64,000 bases of DNA. It comes from Patescibacteria group bacterium. Its GTDB lineage: Bacteria; Patescibacteriota; Patescibacteriia; UBA2196. Where the stretch lies: NCBI GenBank assembly GCA_028748975.1, contig JAQTPI010000004.1, forward strand, positions 14,734 through 78,733, given 5' to 3'. Both the position numbers and the translations under genes were made by a program. The notes beneath the pieces are model-generated. The model saw only the letters and a program-made list of their open reading frames with translations, was not told the DNA's origin and ran no database searches. Shown here in pieces: positions 1 through 10,100 of the stretch. Each line of letters starts with the position of its first letter. Within the stretch, counting starts at the first letter, position 1.

Positions 1-1
1 A

Positions 2-649
2 GGAAATCAGCTCTTTGCCGGCACCCAGGCTGGCTTGTTCGTCTCCACTGATGACGGCGTTTCCTGGACAGCGGTTCCCGGCATCAGCTGGGACACTTCG
101 GTCAGAGCACTGGCGGTTAGTGGCAAGAATATTTTCCTCGGAACATGGGGAAAAGGATTGTTCCTCTCCACTGACAGTGGCACAACCTGGAGCAAGAATG
201 CCACAACTGGTTTGCCAACTGATGAATATGGAAGTGCTTTCATTATTTCTCTATTTGTCACGGACGACGGATATCTGTTGGCTGGCGCGTTCCATAACGG
301 TATCTGGCGCCGGGCACTCTCCGAGATGATTGAAACCTCGGTGGAGGAACCGGATCAGCCAGGTCAGCCAGAAGTTTCTTCGCCCACTGCTTTCCAGCTG
401 GCGCAGAACTTTCCCAACCCGTTCAATCCGACCACGACTATTGTCTACTCCATTCCCAAATCCAGCAGTGTCAGACTTTCTGTGTTTGACGCCTCTGGTC
501 GGGAAGTAGCAGTGCTCGTGAATGCTCGACAGAATGCCGGGGAATACCGCGCCACCTTCAATGGCGCCAATCTGCCGGCTGGCGTGTACTTCTACCGCCT
601 GCAGGCCGATAATTTCATTCAAACAAAAAAGATGTCTTACCTTAAATGA
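2..649 (+). CDS. 5'-truncated beta-propeller/BNR-repeat protein with C-terminal T9SS (Por secretion) type A sorting domain
   Basis: Frame open from base 2; STDxGxxW Asp-box repeats; C-terminus FQLAQNFPNPFNPTTTIVYSIP...GVYFYRLQA...TKKM matches the T9SS CTD pattern. Confidence 0.85.
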   Translation, partial: GNQLFAGTQAGLFVSTDDGVSWTAVPGISWDTSVRALAVSGKNIFLGTWGKGLFLSTDSGTTWSKNATTGLPTDEYGSAFIISLFVTDDGYLLAGAFHNGIWRRALSEMIETSVEEPDQPGQPEVSSPTAFQLAQNFPNPFNPTTTIVYSIPKSSSVRLSVFDASGREVAVLVNARQNAGEYRATFNGANLPAGVYFYRLQADNFIQTKKMSYLK

Positions 650-669
650 GACATCTTCACTAATTCATC

Positions 670-700
670 AAACCCCGTTCCAATTGGAGCGGGTTTTTCT
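670..700. terminator. Bidirectional intrinsic terminator
   Basis: AAACCCCGTTCC-AATT-GGAGCGGGGTTTTT hairpin between convergent genes. Confidence 0.75.
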
Positions 701-701
701 T

Positions 702-1352
702 TTATTTCTTTACCATTTCCTCAATTACCTTTTTAATATTTTTTTCTTTTTGCCACAGTTCGCCGATTTTTTGACGCATCGCAGTTTGATATTCCATGTT
801 GGGCTTATCTTTGCCTTCCACCAAATCAGAAAATTCGTGATTTAGGATTTCATTAAGTGATTCTTTTAAGTCGTAAAATTCTTTGGGATTCAAACCAATT
901 TCGTCTTTCAGCCATTTTTCAAAACAAAAATGAATGAAGAAATGAAAAATTTCATGAGCGCAGATTAATTTTGGCGCCAGAGTCAAAGCACTGACGAAAA
1001 AGTAATATTGGTTTGGATTATAGCCGCAGCGATCATTGACGGTTAAATAGGCCGTGATTTCTTCCACTGGCAATTTTACGCCAAAGATTTTTTCAATTTT
1101 TTGAAAAAATTCGTCATTGATCGAGGCCCATTCTTTTTGCAGAGTTTCAATTCTGTCCGCCATGTTGATTTTTCTTTCGGCGGTGAAATCAAGAATAAAC
1201 TTTTTGATTTTTTCTTTATCTAAATTCGGACCATAAATTTTTTCATACTCCGCCTGTCGCCGGGAAAGGTGCTCACGCGCGCCCACCGCGGTTTTGGCAA
1301 TGATGAAATTTTCAATATCTTTGTCTAAATTGTAGGTGAAATTTAGTTTCAT
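702..1352 (-). CDS. Hypothetical HExxH (zincin-like) protein
   Basis: 216-aa ORF; AHEIFH plus downstream KES glutamate; TATAAT about 7 nt before ATG. Confidence 0.7.
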   Translation of the reverse strand: MKLNFTYNLDKDIENFIIAKTAVGAREHLSRRQAEYEKIYGPNLDKEKIKKFILDFTAERKINMADRIETLQKEWASINDEFFQKIEKIFGVKLPVEEITAYLTVNDRCGYNPNQYYFFVSALTLAPKLICAHEIFHFFIHFCFEKWLKDEIGLNPKEFYDLKESLNEILNHEFSDLVEGKDKPNMEYQTAMRQKIGELWQKEKNIKKVIEEMVKK

Positions 1353-1417
1353 AAATTTATTATACCATGGTTTGTGTTTTTTGCCTTTTTTGGTTTTTGG
1401 TGATAAGATAAGATTAT

Positions 1418-2146
1418 ATGAAACTGAAATTTTTGATAGACAAAAAATACCTTTTGGCGCACGCTTTATGGCGGAATGCGACGCCTTTTCCTGAATGGGA
1501 TGATTTTAAAAATTATCTTTGGCAGGAATCGATTTTGGGGTATCAATTTTTAGCCGGTTCACCAGAAGCATTATTACAAATTAATAAAACCAGCGAATTA
1601 ATCAAAGAAGGCGATAAATTATACAAGAAAGCATTGAAAAGAAAAGAATTTAAAAAATTATTAGCGGAGACGGAAAAATATCGGCAGTGGCTGGAAAAGG
1701 AATGGAATAAAAATGAAAAGAAAATTTTGGGCTGGGTGGAAGAACTTGGTGGATTAAAAATACCAAATAAAACTATTACGGTTTTTGTCACCCACCCGAA
1801 ATTTCGTAATGGCACAACTCTTATAGAAAAATATGTTATTTTATGGGGACACCCCGATGATTGGAAAAATTATTCTTTGGTTTATTTAACCCATGAATTA
1901 TTGCACCTTTTGACTAAAAAATGTAAAAAATTATTTATCATGCATGCCTTAATCGAGCTTCTCGCTGATAATGAAATTAGAATTAGATTAAATGGTGGAG
2001 GTGCGTATTTTAAAGAAGGCAAACATTCCGTCGGCCACCCATACTTAGCAAAATTAGAAAAGAAAATTTTGCCAAAATGGAAAGAGTTTATTAAAAATAG
2101 GAAAGGAAAAGATTTATTTGATTTTGAGAAAAAAATAAAGGGTTGA
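1418..2146 (+). CDS. Hypothetical HExxH (zincin-like) protein
   Basis: 242-aa ORF; THELLH followed by HALIE. Confidence 0.7.
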   Translation: MKLKFLIDKKYLLAHALWRNATPFPEWDDFKNYLWQESILGYQFLAGSPEALLQINKTSELIKEGDKLYKKALKRKEFKKLLAETEKYRQWLEKEWNKNEKKILGWVEELGGLKIPNKTITVFVTHPKFRNGTTLIEKYVILWGHPDDWKNYSLVYLTHELLHLLTKKCKKLFIMHALIELLADNEIRIRLNGGGAYFKEGKHSVGHPYLAKLEKKILPKWKEFIKNRKGKDLFDFEKKIKG

Positions 2147-2169
2147 TTAGTATACTAATCAACCCTTTT
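2138..2169. terminator. Bidirectional terminator (near-perfect palindrome)
   Basis: AAGGGTTGATTAGTA-TACTAATCAACCCTTTT closes both the HExxH gene and the rSAM-peptide operon. Confidence 0.75.
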
Positions 2170-2190
2170 GGTTCCCGCACATAGCTTGCC

Positions 2191-2319
2191 TTAAGGAATG
2201 GAAGGCTGACATTCGGCGGTCGGCTGGCAATTTCCGAATTCCGGATTGCAGGGACCCGTGTCGGCCTCGTTTCCTGTTTGGCGGGCGGTAACCTCCAAGA
2301 TTTCGAAGGCATGTTCCAT
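2191..2319 (-). CDS. Putative RiPP precursor peptide 2 (42 aa, C-x-P repeats)
   Basis: Hand translation MEHAFEILEVTARQTGNEADTGPCNPEFGNCQPTAECQPSIP*; SD AAGGAG upstream; below ORF-track cutoff. Confidence 0.85.
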   Translation of the reverse strand: MEHAFEILEVTARQTGNEADTGPCNPEFGNCQPTAECQPSIP

Positions 2320-2348
2320 GGCCCACTCCTTGGTTTGGTTGTTATTGA

Positions 2349-2489
2349 TTAACCGGATCGCGGATTGCAATCCGGATTACACGAACCGCCCGGGAGACAG
2401 GTCGGGTTGCAATCGTTGTCCGTTGGGAAACAACGATTCTCGCCTTTCCTGAAGTCGGTGCCGGCTGTGACTTCCAGAATTTCGAACAT
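2349..2489 (-). CDS. Putative RiPP precursor peptide 1 (46 aa, C-x-P repeats)
   Basis: Hand translation MFEILEVTAGTDFRKGENRCFPTDNDCNPTCLPGGSCNPDCNPRSG*; SD AGGAGGTG just after the rSAM stop. Confidence 0.88.
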   Translation of the reverse strand: MFEILEVTAGTDFRKGENRCFPTDNDCNPTCLPGGSCNPDCNPRSG

Positions 2490-2509
2490 CCTTTTCACCT
2501 CCTTCCACC

Positions 2510-3769
2510 CTAGTTCCATTTGCCAGTATAAGGATTATACAAACAATCAATTGGTTTGGCAAATAAATCGCCAGTTGGAGAAGAGTTTTTGGCTTTAGGT
2601 CGGCAATCAAAACAACAATATCTATATTCGCAATCCTTACAAGTTTTCACTTGGTCTTTTGTAATGTTACGAATTTTTAATGCTTTTTCATTGCCGATTA
2701 TTTCTGACACTGAACCGTCAAAAACATTTCCTAAAACTAAATTCCTTTCCATAATACAGGGTATTATGTCTCCGGTTGGTGTTACGCAGATGTTTTTTGA
2801 AAAGCAATTGTGTCCACACTGAGCTCTTTGAAATTTTGGTAAGGTACAATGGCTAAAAGATGGTTTACTGATTTGATATTTCTTTAAGATTTCTTTGGGT
2901 ATTAACTGATTATTTTTTCCATTTCCACATGGCCTTACGGGATCTATCTTCACGTTTTGAATGCCTAAGTTTTGAACAAATCGTCGAGCATCATAAACAT
3001 TGTCTTGATTAATGTTCATCGCTACAATACCAACTCGTGTTTTGATTCCAACATCAACCATCTTTTTTAAATTGCTGATTGTTTTTTCAAAACTACCTTT
3101 TACGCGAGTCACTTTGTCGTGTATTTCCGCTTGATCTCCATAGATCGACACAGCGACGTTTATTTGATTGGCCCCGAAAAAAGCAATATTTGAATCGTTT
3201 ATCAGTGTGGCATTGGTGAAAACTTCAATAAATTCAAAACCTATTTTTTTACTTATCTCGATGAGTTTAATTAATCTTTTGGATATAATCATTGGCTCAC
3301 CACCGATAAATTGCAGTTTTTTACAACCAATAGCGTAGGATTGTTGCATCACCCTAACCCAATCCTTGTCGGTCATTTTATTTTTTGGATGGTTTTGTTT
3401 TTTCTTTTCGACCCGATAGCAGTGCAGACACTTTAGATTGCAAGCTCCGGTTATTTCTAACCAAACAAATTCCAAAGGAGCAGGTTTTTCAAAAACTATT
3501 TTATTTACCTTTTCCCTATTTGTTAAAATATGACCAAGTTTAAGATCGGTTAAATTTTTAATACAGGCGGCTGCTTTTTCTGCTAAAACACCGTCTTGGT
3601 AAGATTTAAGTAGTGTTTGAATTTCTAATCCGTCTTCCAGTTTTTTTATCAATTTCACAACGTATTCGTCAACTGAATAAACTTTTCCGTTTTCTAGATT
3701 ATGAACCACACCTCTTTTTGCTCCCTCAACAAGGAAGCAGTATTTTTCTAGAGCAAAAAAACCCTTCAT
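2510..3769 (-). CDS. Radical SAM/SPASM-domain peptide maturase with probable N-terminal RRE
   Basis: CNLKCLHC, GGEP, SPASM cysteines CF...GDIIPC...CKDCEYRYCCFDC...C; about 95-aa N-terminal extension; SD AAGGAGG. Confidence 0.92.
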   Translation of the reverse strand: MKGFFALEKYCFLVEGAKRGVVHNLENGKVYSVDEYVVKLIKKLEDGLEIQTLLKSYQDGVLAEKAAACIKNLTDLKLGHILTNREKVNKIVFEKPAPLEFVWLEITGACNLKCLHCYRVEKKKQNHPKNKMTDKDWVRVMQQSYAIGCKKLQFIGGEPMIISKRLIKLIEISKKIGFEFIEVFTNATLINDSNIAFFGANQINVAVSIYGDQAEIHDKVTRVKGSFEKTISNLKKMVDVGIKTRVGIVAMNINQDNVYDARRFVQNLGIQNVKIDPVRPCGNGKNNQLIPKEILKKYQISKPSFSHCTLPKFQRAQCGHNCFSKNICVTPTGDIIPCIMERNLVLGNVFDGSVSEIIGNEKALKIRNITKDQVKTCKDCEYRYCCFDCRPKAKNSSPTGDLFAKPIDCLYNPYTGKWN

Positions 3770-3919
3770 TTTGCTTTCCTCCTTCCTTGTTTGGTTTTGA
3801 ATGAGCTTTTTGTTTATTTTTGGCTAAAATTAGCCATTTTAGTAAAATCAGTAGTACTTCATATTGTATAAGTGTGTTTTTTTAGATTTTCGTTACACTT
3901 GACTTTTTTCTTTACTCCA

Positions 3920-3949
3920 ATTATACATCTATTTTATGATTTCTGTCAA
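3920..3949 (-). promoter_or_regulatory. sigma70-type promoter of the rSAM operon
   Basis: TTGACA-18 nt-TATAAT on the minus strand. Confidence 0.6.
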
Positions 3950-4001
3950 GTTGGATTAAATGATATAATATAGATATAATACTTTATCCACAAAAAATTA
4001 A

Positions 4002-4039
4002 AGATTCCCTCCGCTAGCTGGCGGATCACGGGAATGACA
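4002..4039. repeat. GTCAT-type REP-like palindromic repeat with nested TCCGC-TAGCT-GGCGGA hairpin
   Basis: AGATTCCC...GGGAATGAC matches the family flanking the GIY-YIG genes. Confidence 0.55.
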
Positions 4040-4049
4040 TTAATAACAG

Positions 4050-4095
4050 ACGACCTCACCCCCAACCCTCTCCTTGTAAAGGAGAGGGGGACGAA
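4050..4095. repeat. CCCTCTCC-type REP-like repeat
   Basis: GACGACCTCACCCCCAACCCTCTCCTTGTAAAGGAGAGGGGGACG; near-identical copy at 31356-31401. Confidence 0.8.
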
Positions 4096-4101
4096 CAAAA
4101 T

Positions 4102-7100
4102 ATGAAAATTAAAAGATATAAAATTTTATTGGTCGGAGTGATTTTAATTTTAATCGCCGGTGGTTTTTTTGTCATCCAAAAATCCGGCCAGGAAGCCGAA
4201 GCGCAGGGGCTCTTGCCGCTTAGCCCGCCGACCAATGTGCAAAAAAATTATGCCACCACCGCCCTGATTGATTGGAGTTGGAGCGCGCCAGTATCCGGCG
4301 GCCTGCCGATTGATTATTACAAAGTCTACACTGGCAGCGGTGGCTTCATCTCCGATGTCACCGGCACCAACTATACGCAACCCGGGCTTAATCCCAGCAC
4401 GCAATATTCCATTAAGGTTATGAGCTGTAAATATGGCAGTGACCCGACCTGCACCGGCCCATATTATGCCAGCACTTTTTCCAGCACGGCTTATGGCTAT
4501 ACCAAAGCCAACACTCCCAGTAATCTGACTGTTTCTCCATCCGCGGATTGCTTGGCTGATAATTACGGAGCCAGCGGGGAGTGCCAATTGACTTGGAGCT
4601 GGAGCGCGAATGACAACTCGGCGGGCACAAATTATTATTATTCAACAGATGAAGGTGCGGGCGCGTGGACAACCAGTTTGAGCTATACAGAAACAATCAG
4701 TTTTGACAGTTGCCGTACGCATACCGCGGGCAGCACGGCGCATACTTTTTACGTGAAAGCCAAGAATGGAGAAGGTGAAGAAACTGACACGACAAGTTTA
4801 AGCAAGACGGAATATAATGTGTGTGATTGGTTGGAAGATTTTGTTTTAAGTCATATTCCTCCTTATGCCAACCAATTTCGCGCTACCTGGACTCCCTCTC
4901 CAAATATTGAGATTCGAGCAGCATTAAATGGCGGTAATTTTCAGACAATAACAAACAATGGAACATTTATGGCTGGACCAGATGGGGTTTGGGCAAATGC
5001 AAGAAATTGGGTGGATTTTCAATGGCATTATGTTGGTGAAGCGTGGCCTCCTAATATAATAATAACCAAAGAAATAAAAGCCCTTCTTCCTCAAGTCGCT
5101 TCAGTTTCTTGTTCCGGCGCTACCACAAATTCTTTGACAGTGACAGCAGAGGGTGGGGGACTGGGTTTTCCAAACCTTTTTACTCTTCTAAGTGGAGTAA
5201 AAATGTCAAAGGCCGTGGTCTATGGAACAGATGATGATGTTGGGACGTATAGTAGTGGCTACCCAACATCAATACCTTTGACTTGGACGGTTTCCAATCT
5301 TTCTCCCAACACTTCCTATTCTTTTAAATTTATAAGCTATAACCAAGAAGGCACGGCAAACTGGGAAACAGAAGCTTTAACTGCCGGGAGCTGTCGGACG
5401 GCCGCGGCGGTTTATCCTCAATGCGGAACAACAACATATAGCCCGGCGCCGCCAACTTGGACCCACAGCAGCGTGCTGGTTTCCATCCCCTGCACGGAAG
5501 AGGGCGGGCCTGGCTGCTCCAAATCAACCTACACCTTGAGCCGTTCAAGCAATGGCAGCGGCACCATTGTTATTAGTGATATTGTCGGCAACACGACCGA
5601 GTGCCCCTACAACGTCACCAACATTGATAAAATTGCGCCAACAGTGAATTCTTTTACAGTTGACGATCATGCTTCTGATTTTACCAGCTCTGACACTGGG
5701 CCGGTGATTGACTGGACCGTGGCTGATTCTGGCGGGTCAGGACTGAAACAGGTGGAGGTTTGGCGCAAAACCGCTGGCGGAGATTGGATACTGATTTATA
5801 CCACCACTGATGTTTCCGGCAATGGCCCGACCAGCGGTTCTTTTACTGACTCGGTTGATTGTCTGCCTTCCCACCAACCCTACACCTATGGCATTCATGT
5901 TTTGGATAATGCCAATAATATCGGTTATGAAAATAATCCCATCGCGGTGACCCTTTCAAATTGCGGCGGGACGCCAACTTGCGGCAGTAATGACAATGGC
6001 GAAGGCGATTTGTTGCAGGCCACCTGCGAGAACGCGCCGATTTTTGGCAAATGGAATTATGCTTCTGACGACGCGACAGGCATGTGCTGGAAAAAAGACC
6101 GCGACGACCCCTATCTTTGCTGCGGTGACGACTCGGGTGAAAATTGGGATTATTTCCGCGAATTTTTTGGCAGTTTTGGCAGTTATTCCACCGATGAGAA
6201 TGACAATGCTTGCTGTAATAATGCTTCTGACTGCGTCTTTAATCACACCTGCTATGATGGTGATGCGAATGGCGCCAGTTTTGAATCCGCTTCCTGCATG
6301 AGCGGCCAAAGATATTGCGGCGGACCCAATGTTTATACTTGGGAAACCGACGCTGATTACAATTTTGCCGTCTGCCAATGTTTGCAAGGTTCTGCCGACC
6401 GCTGGAATGAAAGCGGCTGGTTTGGCGGCAACCAAATTAATTGGAGCATTGGTGGTTATTCGCAAGACCGTTGCTGCGGCGATGATGCTGGAGAAGTTTT
6501 TGCCAACGGTGTTTGTACCACTGGCGCGGCTCTGCCGGATTTGGTGGTGGAAAGCGTGACGCCGCCGACAGGCCTGATTTGCATGGGCAGAAGCGCCACA
6601 TTTTCCGCCGTGATTAAAAACACCGGCAATGCTTCAACCGGCGCGGGGTTTGCCAACCAGATTACTTTGGTGGACACGGGCTCGTGCTTGGCCAATTCTA
6701 CCGCGCTCACGGCGAGCGAAAGCAAAAATATTTCCTGCGCCATTACGCCGAGCGCGGCTGGAATTAAAACCGTGATGTCGCAGGCAGATTATGACGATGC
6801 CATTTCCGAATCCAATGAAGACAATAATGGCCGAGACACCACCGCCACAATTTTTGCCACGCCAAACACGCCCACGGGTTTGACAGCCACCGGCATTGGC
6901 GCCACGGACATCACTTGGGACTGGGACAACATGAGCGGCGCCACTTCTTATATAATTTTATTAAACGGCATTCCGGTTGACACGGTAACCAGCAGCCAAT
7001 ACATTGCCCAGGATCTTTGGGGCGCGGCTGATTATACCATCACAGTTCAAAGTTACAACGGTTGTGGTGTCAGCAGCGGAGCGCAACACACAGTCACCAG

Positions 7101-10100
7101 GGGCGTGAGTTTAGCCGGGTCGCCGGGCGCGCAGACAATTAACCAAGGCGCGAGCGCCATTTACACCATTACAGTTTCCTCGGTTAATGGTTTGGCTGAT
7201 ACAGTTAATCTTACTCTCTCCGGCTGTCCCAGCGGGGCAACTTGCCAGCTTTCGGGCAGTTCCGTGATTTTAAATAATAATTCACAGGGCGTGACTTTGA
7301 CAGTCAGCAATGCCAGCGTTGGCGGACCCTACACTCTAACCATTTCCGGACATGGCGTGGCTTCAAATAAAAACGGCGCCACCACCGTGGATTTGACCGT
7401 GGTTGAGGCCAACTATCCATCGGTTTCCATCTGGGCCATTCCGCAGACAATCGCGCGCGGGCAATCTTCCGTTGTTTCCTGGACTTCCAATAATGCCAGC
7501 AGTGTTGACATAACCAACATTGGCACTGGTCTTGCCACGAGTGGCAACCAGTCGGTGGCGCCGACAGTGACCACGACCTACACGGCCACGGCTTATGGCA
7601 GCGGCGGACGCACGGCCACGGCGAGCGTGACCGTGACCGTGACTAATCCGACAGAAATTTATTGCGGAGACGGAGTTTGTAATGGCGCGGAAACTTGCTC
7701 CACCTGCCCCTCTGACTGCGGAATATGCGTGGGCGGCGGCGGCGACTCTCCGAGCACCCCCACGAATTTAAGCGGTCCTTCCGGCTGTACCACCGACACC
7801 ACGCCAAGCTTCAGTTTTACAGTTTCCGACCCGGATTTTGGCGACAAGGTTGGCTATCAAATTCAAATTGATGACAGCGCCACTTTTGCATCGCCCTTGA
7901 TTGATTTCACCTGGAGCAGCTTGGGTGATACTCCGCAAAACGGCACTTTTGACACGCCAAGTTCCTGCCCCACGCCACTCGGCGGCTATGCTGTCTGCAA
8001 TACGCCTTTGCCGGCCGGCAACTATTATTGGCGCGTGCGCGCTTTGGACAACCACAGTAATTTTTCCTCCTATGAATCCGGCAGCGCTTTTTCCGTGGCG
8101 GCGGTTTGCGGCGGGGGTGGCGGCGTGAACGCGGATTTCACTGTTTGCAAATACAGCGCCGACACTTTTCAATTTTTAAACGCCACCGAGGGCGTCACTG
8201 TGCCAACCTATGGCTGGAATTTTGATGATGGCACGGGTTGCGCCGAAACCGGCTGTACGGCGAGCATTGGCGGCACCACCATTGGCACACGCATTGATCC
8301 GGCGCATAAATTTAATAATAATTATTGGGCCAAACGAATCAAGATTACTTTCAGCAATGGCGGACAGGCGGAAAATTTGGTGGATTTCCCGGTTTTAATC
8401 AAACTTAATGGCAGCCGCATTGATTACACTCAAACCCAAAACAGCGGGCAGGATTTGCGCTTTTTTGACGCGGACGGCGGCACGGAATTGGCTTATGAAA
8501 TTGAAAAATGGAATGAAAGCGGAGATTCTTTTGTCTGGGTGAAAGTGCCACAAATTGACGCCAGTTCTAATTCCGATTACATTTGGTTGTATTATGGCAA
8601 TCCGGCGGCAACGGCTGGCGCCAATGCCGAAAGTGTTTGGAACAGCGGTTATGCCGCGGTTTATCACCTGAAAGAAACTTCCGGTAAACATTATGATTCC
8701 ACGGCGAATAATAATGATTCCGAAAATAATCCAAACGTACAAACACAAGGCAGTGCCGCAGGCAAAATTGACGGCGCGGATGATTTCTTAAAAGAAGTAA
8801 ACGGAGAGGGCGAAGAAACCTCTAGTGATTCCATTACAATTAATGATAGTAATAGTTTGGATTTGACCAATGCTTTGACGATTGAGGCTTGGGTGCGCTC
8901 AGACTATTTGGAAAATCGTGACCGTATTGTGTCTAAGGGTTCTATTTCCCAGACCTATGTTTTGCGGCAAGAAATTTCTGACACCGGTGGTTCTTTCCCA
9001 GGTTCTTTGCATTTTTTTGGCGCTGGTGTTGCTCAAGCCAGAAGTATTTTAACCGCTGGCACTCTTCAATATATAGCGGCCACTTGGGATGGAATTAATG
9101 GCGACCATAAACCCAAACTTTTTAATAATGGTTCGGAAGTCAGTTCTTATTTTGCGCAAACAGCCAAAACAGCACCTATAAATGCAAACACCGAAGTTTT
9201 GACCATTGGCAATATTGATCAGGGTTGGGACGGTATTATTGATGAAATGCGGCTTTCCAATGTGGCGCGCTCCGCGGCCTGGCTCAAAGCGCAGTATCTT
9301 TCCATGAGCGACACGTTTAACACTTTCAGCAGCCAAGAAAGTTTGGGATACGTGATTGACGGAGGCAAAGTGGCGGGGGCGACGGATGAATTAAGAATTA
9401 TGAATCAAGAATTAAGGACGACTGATAACGGGCAACAAACAACCGACAACTTACAACAAATAACCAACAAAAATATTTTTGAAAAGATTTGGGCGGGAAT
9501 TAAAACGGCGGGGAAATGGGCGGTGAATTTATTCAAAGCCAAAGATTCAGAGGCCTTAAGCGCCACCTATTCGGTCATGCTTTCGGTCAATGACCCGGCT
9601 GGCAATGACACGGAAACAAAAGTGGTGAATTTGGCGAGCGTGCCGCTGTGTGAATTCAACCTGACTAATGTTTCTTCCTTGAGTTGCGGACGGGTGGACG
9701 GCGAATGGGAAAAATTTGGCGGTTTCGCTGACGCCGGCGCCTACACGGTGAAAAGATGCGCGGGCAGCGGCTGCAGTGATTTTGACACGGTCAGCGTAAC
9801 CAAGTCCTGTTCCACCTCTTGTTATTTTGAAGATATTGGCGTGGAGCCAAGCACCGCGTATTCATATTACATTTCTTTGCCAACGCAAGGAGTGAAAAAT
9901 TCCACTGACAATCCGGCTTGCGACGGTGCCTCCGCGATTTGTCCGCTCAGCGTCACTACTGCGGTGTGCGGCGTGGAAGGTTCGGACATAGTGACCACAC
10001 GCGCCTGCGGAAAAATTACTTTGATTTGGGACGAAGTGGAGGGTTCAACTATTTATGAAGTTCAAAGGGCGATTGGCGCCAGTGATAATACTTTTACCAC

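Noticed and set aside
2091-2610. Four 68-77-aa ORF-track calls between the HExxH and rSAM genes
   Set aside because: They are shadows of the two SD-led C-x-P peptide ORFs, which share a leader and fit the operon.
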